From: a virus
Taxonomy: Duplodnaviria > Caudoviricetes
IMG/VR virus record: IMGVR_UViG_3300037501_000104
Span: 1 to 34,384 of that record
Length of the DNA stretch: 34,384 nt
Direction: 5' to 3' (one strand)
Shown here: positions 28,201 to 34,384 of the stretch, piece by piece
How the letters are laid out: the number at the start of each line of letters is the position of its first letter
How positions within the stretch are numbered: position 1 is the stretch's first letter
Program-made: the position numbers and the translations under genes
The notes under the pieces: model-generated
Database searches by the model: none
The model's input: the letters and a program-made list of their open reading frames with translations, nothing else
Told to the model about the DNA's origin: nothing

Positions 28201-28377
28201 TATTTTACCATCAAAGCCGCCGGTTTTGGTGGTGGGTGGGCATCGACCAATGCGATAAGGTTTAATACGGTGGCAGCATCACGCCCGGTATGGCTTGCGC
28301 GGGTAATTCTCGGTGGAGAAAGCGAGACAGACACAGATGACTTTGAAATAGAACTACGCGGCGATATTGATGCTTAG
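25246..28377 (+). CDS. Large tail-tip/baseplate protein
   Basis: N-terminus IKL.KSQ.LTD....GGRMT..E...G..NNLFPDIS.LDRT.GR..LRK; repeated G.IDY..G.I units; C-terminus DCAPLNPATG.PYF....GFGGGW. Confidence 0.8.
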   Translation: MPLLQENIKLYKSQLLTDDDFAGGRMTQNEILPGAVNNLFPDISRLDRTTGRINLRKIYCANTATDNSPYFGSHLVIKKAPSDPNVGVLLFDTKSTTDTRIDAKNFVQSHLLKGQELPYLIFQKQLAGSKQIVTVVEGYAAFQSLVEGVGIVTKSISGAEFTGLSPFEKYRCTFSAVSKITPGEVLCITQEAAGKTPFDLYVRVAKVEIDKRGFIEVQVGTLQTPVTAYRLIAYLTLDKELPFDIEGGEVESASSFISSKSTKLRRAIPDATKRFYSIASVGNLQQGAISLTCDRYSNIAPFSYVERALDRDELAEWRSATIEYPSPQPVTSTTASDVYSGVAYSATGDLNYPRLTCYKLGFSVFPGSLTWTQNGVMFKDNGAGALNKISGTDSVRRELSIDYEKGEIWARHNGSYWAYYLGTANISFFRVGAAQTDYLQKKSLATESETPTIGPVYKGSMVITWIADDEVKTLTDTSAGTLSGAGSGTIDYETGAIRVSPETRTAGRIYTYHWMVQDPLFITSTRTNATIPATGAMNHRLEQTFIVATTVPINAIITRLPASGGAETLFNQVLTPANFSDGQEHIYTITKKGDMPTDGKLVITNVLEGYTNGIPRYKIKLVITFDGTPVSTREAIISISAGTLTETKRLYSYTTPFQVNNTASPIMPGSFYAGTDVAANGFLFDKDGDIFTIQDVGNNAHLPVKIGTIDYTVGMVTIDALNTQPFLELRIKSLTRNDSTTPAPYILPEYHKLINAETFSVNDAEGKAVFSVLSNGVTIDADFSGSHFNQNTSLLTLTGPGGTPPIDGFTVSKVEKIPTEQNEEYTGISTLRLPKSGKVETIKKGDVVVIRDEAGDEINYIADTPDDTSLILSQPLERDYTNATIAAAVVFGDLYAKTSVFFDQQNLNLSAQFKDLVEGSGASASYNIASYPIVLTNKNAITERWALYFTGATTFNIIGESVGTIASNQSITVDCAPLNPATGEPYFTIKAAGFGGGWASTNAIRFNTVAASRPVWLARVILGGESETDTDDFEIELRGDIDA

Positions 28378-29896
28378 GAAGGTCATAAGCATTGAATACA
28401 AGAATGCTACGCCAATTTCAGGCGCGCAATATGAAACGCAAACATACAATCCCTACGAGGTGAAGGTAGGCATTCATACTCAATACAGCGCGACTTCTCC
28501 AATAGCCAGAAGCCAAAAACTTGGTTCAGTAGAGAACGCAACGCAAGGAGACAAGTTGCGGGTCATTGGGTACGGAAGGCCAGAAATAAAGCATGCGACC
28601 ACGCGCTCACCAAGACACAAAACCGCTGGATTAGTTGACAAGGCGGCGGGGACATCTTGGGATCGTGTAGATTCACCATTCGACAAGTTCACGAGACACA
28701 CACACGAAAACAGCATAAAATTCGATATAGGGGCCGGAACTCTCTTTGCAGATGTTAACCTACGGCACGCAAAAATCGCGAGCGCTACGGCCTCCAGAAA
28801 TGGCCTACACAAGCAAAAACGAACGCCTATTCCATGGGGGGAAGGGATTGACGAAAGCGGCATAGCCCACCCAGAAATGACAAAATTCACGCTTGCATTC
28901 AAACCAAGTTATTCGCAGGAAGTTATCTCCCCGGTCATAATCCCTGTACTAAAGGTTTACATCATCATGAATAACATTGAAATAGTCCGATTGGATACGA
29001 ATAAGGCATTGAATGCAACAACGGCAAGTTTATCTACGGACGCAGGATCATACTGCTGGACGTTCTCGATAACTATTCCAGGGGAATCAATAGACAACTG
29101 GGGAAAGGGCATAGAGATAGCCATTATCATCAATGGGGAGGAGTGGCGCTGTATCACCGAAACGCTCTCGGAGGCACAGACATTTGGAAAAAGAACCCTA
29201 ACTATTGGGGGGCGCACCCACGGGGCGGTACTATCATCCTATTTGAATACAGGGACAAACACAGCGTCAATTTCCGCATTTCAAGCAATAGGGGATGTTT
29301 TGCCGCAGGATTGGACGCTAGAAACGAAAGACCTAACAGATTGGACAATCCCAATAAATACGCTCACCTACACGTCAAAAACGAGCGCGGAGATTGTTGG
29401 AATGATTGCCAAGGCGGCTGTCGCAAGCGCTCAAACAGATAAGGTGCAAAAAAAGCTAAAACTTATGCCGCTTATTCCTGTTATACCAACAGCAGGCGGA
29501 GACGAGCTTTTGATTCCTGACAGTATTATCTTAAGAAAAAACAGGTCGGTAAGCAGTGGACGTGGATATAATGCAATCACGATTGCTAGCAAAAAAACAC
29601 TTTACAATATAAAAGCTAGCGGATCATCAGGAGGCAATCATGCGCCGTCTATTGGTGAGGTTCTCGCAACAGATCAATCCGTTGCCATTGCGCTTGCAAG
29701 GCAGGCTTTTTTTAATAGCTCAGTCGCGCTATTTTCGGCAAGCATCGACCTCCCTGCCGGTGGCGGCATTCCATTTCTCTCTGTTGGCAGTACGATAAAA
29801 CTTACGGACACAGGGATATTTCCGGTTCGGAGCGTATCGATAAGTGCAACACAAGTGAACGTGAGGCAAACAGTTGGGGGGAATTATGTCGTTTGA
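28367..29896 (+). CDS. Tail-tip/hub protein
   Basis: Position in the tail module; VYIIMN.I...RL, S..TD..S.CW.FS, I.INGE.W motifs of this tail type. Confidence 0.7.
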   Translation: MMLRKVISIEYKNATPISGAQYETQTYNPYEVKVGIHTQYSATSPIARSQKLGSVENATQGDKLRVIGYGRPEIKHATTRSPRHKTAGLVDKAAGTSWDRVDSPFDKFTRHTHENSIKFDIGAGTLFADVNLRHAKIASATASRNGLHKQKRTPIPWGEGIDESGIAHPEMTKFTLAFKPSYSQEVISPVIIPVLKVYIIMNNIEIVRLDTNKALNATTASLSTDAGSYCWTFSITIPGESIDNWGKGIEIAIIINGEEWRCITETLSEAQTFGKRTLTIGGRTHGAVLSSYLNTGTNTASISAFQAIGDVLPQDWTLETKDLTDWTIPINTLTYTSKTSAEIVGMIAKAAVASAQTDKVQKKLKLMPLIPVIPTAGGDELLIPDSIILRKNRSVSSGRGYNAITIASKKTLYNIKASGSSGGNHAPSIGEVLATDQSVAIALARQAFFNSSVALFSASIDLPAGGGIPFLSVGSTIKLTDTGIFPVRSVSISATQVNVRQTVGGNYVV

Positions 29897-30122
29897 TAGC
29901 AATGACTATGAAAGGTTTAAAGCGCTAATTGATTCGCTACCACCGTCCTTTGGAGAGATTGTGGACATATCAAACGGGCAGGCTGTGATAGAACTAGCCG
30001 GGAGGGCCGGGATGATCTTGGCCCCAGTAGAAGAATACGCAATCGGAGATAAAGTTAGGATTCAAGAGGGAAAAATAGAAGAACGGCTAGAGATAACAAA
30101 TATAGTTGAATTGGAAATTTGA
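29886..30122 (+). CDS. Small tail protein
   Basis: GGGGG RBS before ATG 29886; Y.RFK.LI...P...G.I....G...IE...G.KV.I..G.I pattern; last gene of the tail operon. Confidence 0.65.
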   Translation: MSFDSNDYERFKALIDSLPPSFGEIVDISNGQAVIELAGRAGMILAPVEEYAIGDKVRIQEGKIEERLEITNIVELEI

Positions 30123-30199
30123 AAGAGAGGGCAATCGACGACTGATAAAGAAAAGCGATTGATCGCGGCGTCAATAGCCGCTGTTTTGAAGTGTGACAT
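30062..30199 (-). CDS. 45-codon ORF under C4-type antisense control (Icd/Kil-like peptide or truncated antirepressor)
   Basis: ATG preceded by GTTGGAG, which is both the b2 target and the RBS; MSHFKTAAIDAAINRFSLSVVDCPLFQ...; 3' end overlaps the convergent tail gene. Confidence 0.45.
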   Translation of the reverse strand: MSHFKTAAIDAAINRFSLSVVDCPLFQISNSTIFVISSRSSIFPS

Positions 30200-30208
30200 G
30201 GAACTTCT

Positions 30209-30246
30209 CCAACTTTGGATGAGATCATCCGCTCTCTCACTGCTAA
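30209..30246 (-). promoter_or_regulatory. Downstream antisense target a2/b2
   Basis: Minus-strand TTAGCAG (30246-30240) in a short hairpin and GTTGG (30213-30209) overlapping the RBS. Confidence 0.8.
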
Positions 30247-30252
30247 GTGGGA

Positions 30253-30325
30253 GGGCGGAGCCGTGCGGGTTAGCAGACCAGTAGTTGGCACTGGCAGACC
30301 TCGAGGGTCTCCCGCACGGTCGCCC
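30253..30325 (-). ncRNA. c4: C4/CI-type antisense RNA (P1 c4, P4 CI, N15 CA class)
   Basis: Minus strand GGGCGACCGTGCGGG-AGACC(CTCGA)GGTCT-G-CCAGT(GCCAACT)ACTGG-TCTGCTAA-CCCGCACGGCTCCGCCC; single-stranded GCCAAC and CTGCTAA complement flanking targets. Confidence 0.88.
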
Positions 30326-30353
30326 AAAAACTGGGAGGCCATGCTGTGGACGC

Positions 30354-30430
30354 AAAAAAACCGCATGAAAGCGGCGGTCGTCCGCCAACATAACCGGGCT
30401 GCTAAACCCGGCAGCCGATTTTGCGGCTGC
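30354..30430 (-). promoter_or_regulatory. Upstream antisense target a1/b1 with leader hairpins and terminator
   Basis: Hairpin GCAGCCG/CGGCTGC; hairpin CCGGG-TTTAGCAG-CCCGG (a1); GTTGGC (b1); terminator CCGC-TTTCAT-GCGG-TTTTTTT. Confidence 0.82.
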
Positions 30431-30436
30431 AGAATT

Positions 30437-30465
30437 AAGATAACCCGGATAAACTTGCATGTCAA
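30437..30465 (-). promoter_or_regulatory. Sigma70 promoter of the C4 module
   Basis: TTGACA-17 bp-TATCTT on the minus strand. Confidence 0.85.
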
Positions 30466-30473
30466 TCTCTTTT

Positions 30474-30503
30474 TTAATTAAGCCGCCTTAATTAAGCCGC
30501 CTT
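30474..30503. repeat. 14-bp tandem duplication spanning the recE-like stop codon
   Basis: TTAATTAAGCCGCC TTAATTAAGCCGCC TT. Confidence 0.9.
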
Positions 30504-31325
30504 CATCCAATCTGGCATTTCGACAACATTGCCAGAATCATACCCCGGCCAATGCCCTGATTCTACACAGAAGACGTATCTTTTAATTGCGTCAATCACC
30601 TGGATAACAGCGTGATCTACTAGATCGTTAGATAAAATAAAAGTATTCGAAAGATACGGCGCAACCGATTCGACGGCATGAAGTTCCAAAACAGGCATTT
30701 CTGAAAGCCCCCGGCAACACATAACCACCAGCCCGTAGAAAATCATCTGATACTGATATCCACGAGAGAAAATCTCTCTTGTAAAATCACGAGTTGATGC
30801 GTCTCTCGTTGTTTTGTAATCGATAATAGAGATTAAATCCCCACCGATAATAGAAAAAACATCGGGTTTTGCACGCAGCGTAATACCCTGATACTCACAC
30901 TGATAGACCTTTTCCCGCTCTAGCACTTCTGGAGTGCTATGTTTTGCAAGCTCTTTCAAGGATGCCGCCATAGCATTCGACGCGTAGAAAACATCATTCT
31001 TAACCGGGGTAACTCCCCGGTCTATCAAATCGGCCCATAATGCCTTCCCGGCTTTCGTCCTAAGATCGGCTTCAGCAGGAGAATATTTTGACTCTAGCCC
31101 CGCCATAAAATCATGCACGATCGTCCCAAGGGCCATACCAGGGGTTGGCTCCCTATCCGCGCCCCCCGTAAGGAGGGCGTTAGCATGGGCGGGGGTTTTT
31201 AGGATAAACTCCTTTAAAACTGTTGCTGTTAGCACTTCAGGGCCGTGATCGTGATAGTTATCCGCTGTAATAACAGCGGAAGTCAGTGGCCTGCACGCAT
31301 TCAAAAATTCACAGATCAATGTCAT
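30492..31325 (-). CDS. RecE/exonuclease VIII-like (DUF3799) PD-(D/E)XK exonuclease
   Basis: YH, T..M.LGT.VH, DLRTKAGK, RAKPD, IIDYKTT, Y..Q..FY, AVES.APY, C...G.WPGY. Confidence 0.88.
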   Translation of the reverse strand: MTLICEFLNACRPLTSAVITADNYHDHGPEVLTATVLKEFILKTPAHANALLTGGADREPTPGMALGTIVHDFMAGLESKYSPAEADLRTKAGKALWADLIDRGVTPVKNDVFYASNAMAASLKELAKHSTPEVLEREKVYQCEYQGITLRAKPDVFSIIGGDLISIIDYKTTRDASTRDFTREIFSRGYQYQMIFYGLVVMCCRGLSEMPVLELHAVESVAPYLSNTFILSNDLVDHAVIQVIDAIKRYVFCVESGHWPGYDSGNVVEMPDWMKAA

Positions 31326-31328
31326 GGC

Positions 31329-31808
31329 TTAATTCTCAACTGTACGAAAAACAAGCGCATAATACCCGCCGGATTTTCCGAGCTTAGGCTCAAACCAAGC
31401 GACCGTTCTGCAATATCCGCCTGTTTCACGGGCTATATCGTACCCATGGGCTACCCAAAATCCGATCCAGTTGCGATACGCCGTACCGCGTAGCGAGATA
31501 GTCGCAGGATTCCCGTCCTCATCATCGAATTGCAGATGCGCCCAATCCTCTTCCTTGTCAAAACCGAACAGCGCCGCTGTTTCGGCGTACCATTGCCGGA
31601 CGTTAAGAATCATATTATCCTTCACGGGCGTTTCACCGATCTTGAACTTCCCCAGCTTGCCATCAGCACGATATTGACGGACTGCCAATTCCATTTCTAT
31701 CTCCCCGCTTGCATTAAGCCTCGGAATCATGGCAGACTTTAGAGCCGTGCCCGTTGTGGTTACGGGGGAGGTGTTGCTGGACTTCGTTACTTCGCGTTGC
31801 GTTGTCAT
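31329..31808 (-). CDS. Hypothetical protein, candidate ssDNA-binding/annealing partner
   Basis: GAGG RBS; directly upstream of the recE-like gene; beta-rich and aromatic. Confidence 0.6.
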   Translation of the reverse strand: MTTQREVTKSSNTSPVTTTGTALKSAMIPRLNASGEIEMELAVRQYRADGKLGKFKIGETPVKDNMILNVRQWYAETAALFGFDKEEDWAHLQFDDEDGNPATISLRGTAYRNWIGFWVAHGYDIARETGGYCRTVAWFEPKLGKSGGYYALVFRTVEN

Positions 31809-31842
31809 GATAAAACCTCTTAGAATAGAAAGTTAAGTTAGG

Positions 31843-32091
31843 TTAGTTATTGAAATCACCCCGTGCCTTGCGCTTGTTACCTACAAGCGCTCTAGCGCGG
31901 GTCATATAATCCCGATCATGTTCCGTCGCAGGAACAGACGCGGCAAACTTAAGCGCATCCACTTCACGGCATAGATCGGAAATTGCATGGGCCGCGTCTT
32001 GCATCAGTAATGCAGCCCCCTTACAAGCGGGGTCATCCGCCGCAATCAGTAAACGAGATTCAAGCCGCTCATAATCCTGAAGATCAAGCAT
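31843..32091 (-). CDS. Hypothetical early protein
   Basis: Coupled to the upstream ORF; LMQDAA.AI..L..EV..L pattern common in small phage proteins. Confidence 0.6.
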   Translation of the reverse strand: MLDLQDYERLESRLLIAADDPACKGAALLMQDAAHAISDLCREVDALKFAASVPATEHDRDYMTRARALVGNKRKARGDFNN

Positions 32092-32608
32092 GGCCTTTCA
32101 CCCCTTCCATAAAGAGAACCAGCGCACTAACGCGCAAAAGAATCTCTAAATACCGCGCCCAGCCTGTAGCCTGGGTTGGTTTGACATAATCCCCGCTAAA
32201 GCAACTCTTTGAGCTTACTTCTTGACAGCCAGACAAGAACCGCCTAACCAAAGAAAGCAGATCGTCTTCTGCTGGCAGCTCACCTTCCAATGATTCGTAA
32301 AGCTCGACGAGACCCCCAAGTGCAAGACCAATATGAAATGGCAACGGCTTATGCCCATACGGGGCTTTGTCATCCATTTCATAAATCTCAACCGCCTCAG
32401 AAACAATGCCGTCCCATTCCCGACGTACCGCCCTTTCAAAGGCACACCGAGGGTGCAATTGCCCCACGCTATCTATCAATTCTGATGCAAACGCCTGCGT
32501 AATAGCCCGCGCCTCCGAGTGAAGCCGGTTGCGCATCGGTGCCTGGATTATCGCATCGGGCAGCGAACTCGTGATATGAAACTTGAAGTTATCTACAGCC
32601 TTGTACAT
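32084..32608 (-). CDS. Hypothetical early protein
   Basis: AAGGAG RBS; 174-aa ORF in the leftward operon. Confidence 0.65.
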   Translation of the reverse strand: MYKAVDNFKFHITSSLPDAIIQAPMRNRLHSEARAITQAFASELIDSVGQLHPRCAFERAVRREWDGIVSEAVEIYEMDDKAPYGHKPLPFHIGLALGGLVELYESLEGELPAEDDLLSLVRRFLSGCQEVSSKSCFSGDYVKPTQATGWARYLEILLRVSALVLFMEGVKGHA

Positions 32609-32634
32609 TTTCTAATCTCCTTGGTAAGGTTATT

Positions 32635-32655
32635 GCCCCCGCTTTTGGCGGGGGC
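32635..32655. other. Strong intergenic hairpin in the leftward operon
   Basis: GCCCCCGC-TTTTG-GCGGGGGC; no downstream U-tract in the leftward direction. Confidence 0.6.
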
Positions 32656-32662
32656 TAAAAAT

Positions 32663-32869
32663 TTAGCGGTAGTAATAAAGCGGTAAAAGGTTGCCGGCAA
32701 GAGTCTCTATCGCAGTCCGGCTTGCACCTGCGGGGAGACACATCTCCGCCATTAAAAGAGACTGCCAGTAATACCTGGCAGCCTTGGTTTTGCGTAGCGC
32801 ATACGGCAAGTCGCTACTAATCTCGGTCTTGTTGCTAGCTGCGTTGTCAGTAACGTTCATCTTTATCAC
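32663..32869 (-). CDS. First gene of the leftward early operon, hypothetical
   Basis: Follows the leftward promoter; AAAGGTGA RBS favours ATG 32860. Confidence 0.55.
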   Translation of the reverse strand: MIKMNVTDNAASNKTEISSDLPYALRKTKAARYYWQSLLMAEMCLPAGASRTAIETLAGNLLPLYYYR

Positions 32870-32934
32870 CTTTAAAATAAAAAATAGTTAGTTAGGTTTT
32901 GTATATCCCTAGCTTTGTGGGCTAGGTGAAAGAT

Positions 32935-32962
32935 AGTATATTCCAAAAGGAATAAAAGTCAA
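32935..32962 (-). promoter_or_regulatory. Leftward early promoter
   Basis: TTGACT-16 bp-TATACT on the minus strand, with operator O1 in the spacer. Confidence 0.75.
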
Positions 32963-33015
32963 TACCCAAAAGTATATTTCTAACGAAACCTTGCCTTTCT
33001 ATTCCTTTATGAATA
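32939..33015. promoter_or_regulatory. Three 16-bp operators
   Basis: O1 TATTCCAAAAGGAATA (32939-32954), O2 AATACCCAAAAGTATA (32961-32976), O3 TATTCCTTTATGAATA (33000-33015). Confidence 0.75.
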
Positions 33016-33019
33016 AACT
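32991..33019 (+). promoter_or_regulatory. Repressor promoter
   Basis: TTGCCT-17 bp-TAAACT with O3 in the spacer. Confidence 0.7.
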
Positions 33020-33047
33020 AACTCAATATTGTGTGGAGGCTAGTAAA

Positions 33048-33404
33048 ATGATAGACGGTATTGGCAAAAGAATTAGGGAAAGACGGTTGGAGATTGGGAT
33101 GACGCAACAGGAGTTGTCACGTCTGTCAAATCTTGCGCAATCAGCAATATCGAAAATTGAATCCGGCGATCAAGTTGGATCGACACACCTGGTTGAAATT
33201 GCTGCGGCTCTTGGGGTTAGAGCTGAGGAACTCACCGGTTTGGGGCTTGTCGAGAAGACTAACGATTTCCCTGTAACAGAAGAGGATATGCAACTGCTTC
33301 TTGCATACAAAAAACTGGGAAAAGTATCAAAGGATACGGCATTTAGGGTAATAATGGCGCTGTCATTAGTACAAGATCTAAAAGGCGATGAAGTTGCCGC
33401 TTGA
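33048..33404 (+). CDS. XRE-family HTH phage repressor without S24 peptidase domain
   Basis: GGAGG RBS before ATG 33048; IGKRIRERR...GMTQQELS..S...QSAISKIESG...L.EIAAALGV; short C-terminus E..LL.AY.KL. Confidence 0.88.
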   Translation: MIDGIGKRIRERRLEIGMTQQELSRLSNLAQSAISKIESGDQVGSTHLVEIAAALGVRAEELTGLGLVEKTNDFPVTEEDMQLLLAYKKLGKVSKDTAFRVIMALSLVQDLKGDEVAA

Positions 33405-33419
33405 CATTCGGATCTGTCG

Positions 33420-34139
33420 ATGACCAGAAAAATAGCGATCTTGTTTTTATTTATTTTTTCTTTCGGCGCTATAGCAGAAGACACGCTAACGGGCCGGGTT
33501 CTCTACGTCATGGACGGGGATACTTTTCGCGCTAAGATAAAGGGCGGAGATGAGCGGACGATTCGGATTTCTTGTATCGACGCGCCAGAAAAGGATCAAT
33601 TTCATGGGATAACCGCATTGGACGCGCTTGAGGCAGTCCTAAAGAAAAAGAGAGTTTTTATTTCTCCTGTTGGCACGTCCTATGGCAGAACGGTAGCGTC
33701 GGTCTCGCTAAAAACCGGGGAATCTGTTGGTGTGCTTATGGCGGAGACGGGGTATGTTTGGGCCGATCCGCGCTACTGTAATACTGATGAGGGCCAACAA
33801 ATCACTGAAATAGTGGATGAATCAAGGGAAAATAAAATCGGGCTGTTCGATGCCGACCCGAAGGATGTTATTGCCCCGTGGGATTGGCGGGATGGGGTAA
33901 GGCCAGTTGAGACGGTTGTCCGACCTCCGCCGGTTTATTATTGGCCGCCTACTCCCACGGTGGACACGCTTCCAACCGATAATTCAACCAATCCCCTTCC
34001 AATAGCGCCGTCATTATCGTCCTGCACAAGAAGCCTTGTCGGATGCTGTTCTACGCACGGCGGTGTTTCAGGTGCTACCTCTGACGGCGGAATTATGTGC
34101 AGTGACGGTACCAAATCTGCTAGCTGTCGGTGTAGCTAA
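33420..34139 (+). CDS. Secreted thermonuclease (SNase family) 2 with Pro/Thr linker and Cys-rich C-terminal domain
   Basis: Signal peptide ending AIA-ED; VMDGDT, IRISCIDAPE, SYGR, PWDWR; tail GCCSTHGGV...C.DGT.S.SC.C. Confidence 0.88.
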   Translation: MTRKIAILFLFIFSFGAIAEDTLTGRVLYVMDGDTFRAKIKGGDERTIRISCIDAPEKDQFHGITALDALEAVLKKKRVFISPVGTSYGRTVASVSLKTGESVGVLMAETGYVWADPRYCNTDEGQQITEIVDESRENKIGLFDADPKDVIAPWDWRDGVRPVETVVRPPPVYYWPPTPTVDTLPTDNSTNPLPIAPSLSSCTRSLVGCCSTHGGVSGATSDGGIMCSDGTKSASCRCS

Positions 34140-34179
34140 TGTAATTATGTGGGGCCAATGAAAATATGCTTGTTTTCAT

Positions 34180-34384
34180 TCAATCGTTGAAAGATAGGAC
34201 TAATGCCGCTTGATTATCCACTGTAAAATGCTTTAGAAACATTTCTCTTTTTCCACCACTAAGGACAACCTCATACTGGTGGTGGATGTCGTATCTCCCG
34301 GCATCAGCCAATTTATTCACCTGCCAATAATCTCCCGGGATGTATTTCTCGGAGTACATATCCCGCAAAAAAGCCGACACAACA
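34180..34384 (-). CDS. 3' part of a convergent hypothetical gene, probably truncated by the window edge
   Basis: Frame is open to the edge of the window; no recognisable motif. Confidence 0.45.
   Translation of the reverse strand, partial: VVSAFLRDMYSEKYIPGDYWQVNKLADAGRYDIHHQYEVVLSGGKREMFLKHFTVDNQAALVLSFND

Noticed and set aside
30253-30325. Cloverleaf RNA as a tRNA
   Set aside because: No T-loop GTTC or D-loop consensus; the loops match flanking antisense targets instead
30055-30481. Long ORFs across the C4 region (Ash-like AAAKSAAG, 132/136/88 aa)
   Set aside because: Ash-like motifs are split between frames and the starts lie inside the promoter; conservation is better explained by RNA structure
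1-34384. Stop-codon reassignment, terminal repeats or att sites
   Set aside because: Core genes are full length in the standard code; no repeat between the window ends was seen and no integrase was recognised

Overview
A near-complete temperate dsDNA tailed phage (or prophage) genome segment, probably siphovirus-like with a proteobacterial host, at standard genetic code and high coding density. Rightward: a VRR-NUC nuclease, a 1339-aa Toprim primase fused to an SF2 (DinG/XPD-like) helicase, small and large terminase, Mu-type portal (gp29) and gpF, and a CTG-started excisionase/MerR-type HTH gene that the ORF track missed. A candidate late promoter with 9-bp tandem repeats follows. It precedes an M15 endolysin and holin, a ~7-kb accessory block (beta-rich protein ending in an HU/IHF-like domain, two paralogous coiled-coil fibres, an Ig-repeat protein, a DNA methyltransferase, a secreted thermonuclease), shuffled Mu-type head and neck genes, a tail tube, tape measure and tail-tip genes. 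Leftward: a complete P1-C4/P4-CI-type antisense RNA switch controlling only a 45-codon ORF, a RecE-like exonuclease and early genes. At the right end, a divergent switch with three 16-bp operators drives an XRE repressor and a second secreted thermonuclease. No integrase, transposase, Cro, tRNA, CRISPR array or reverse transcriptase was recognised. All protein assignments come from motif recognition by eye, not database searches.
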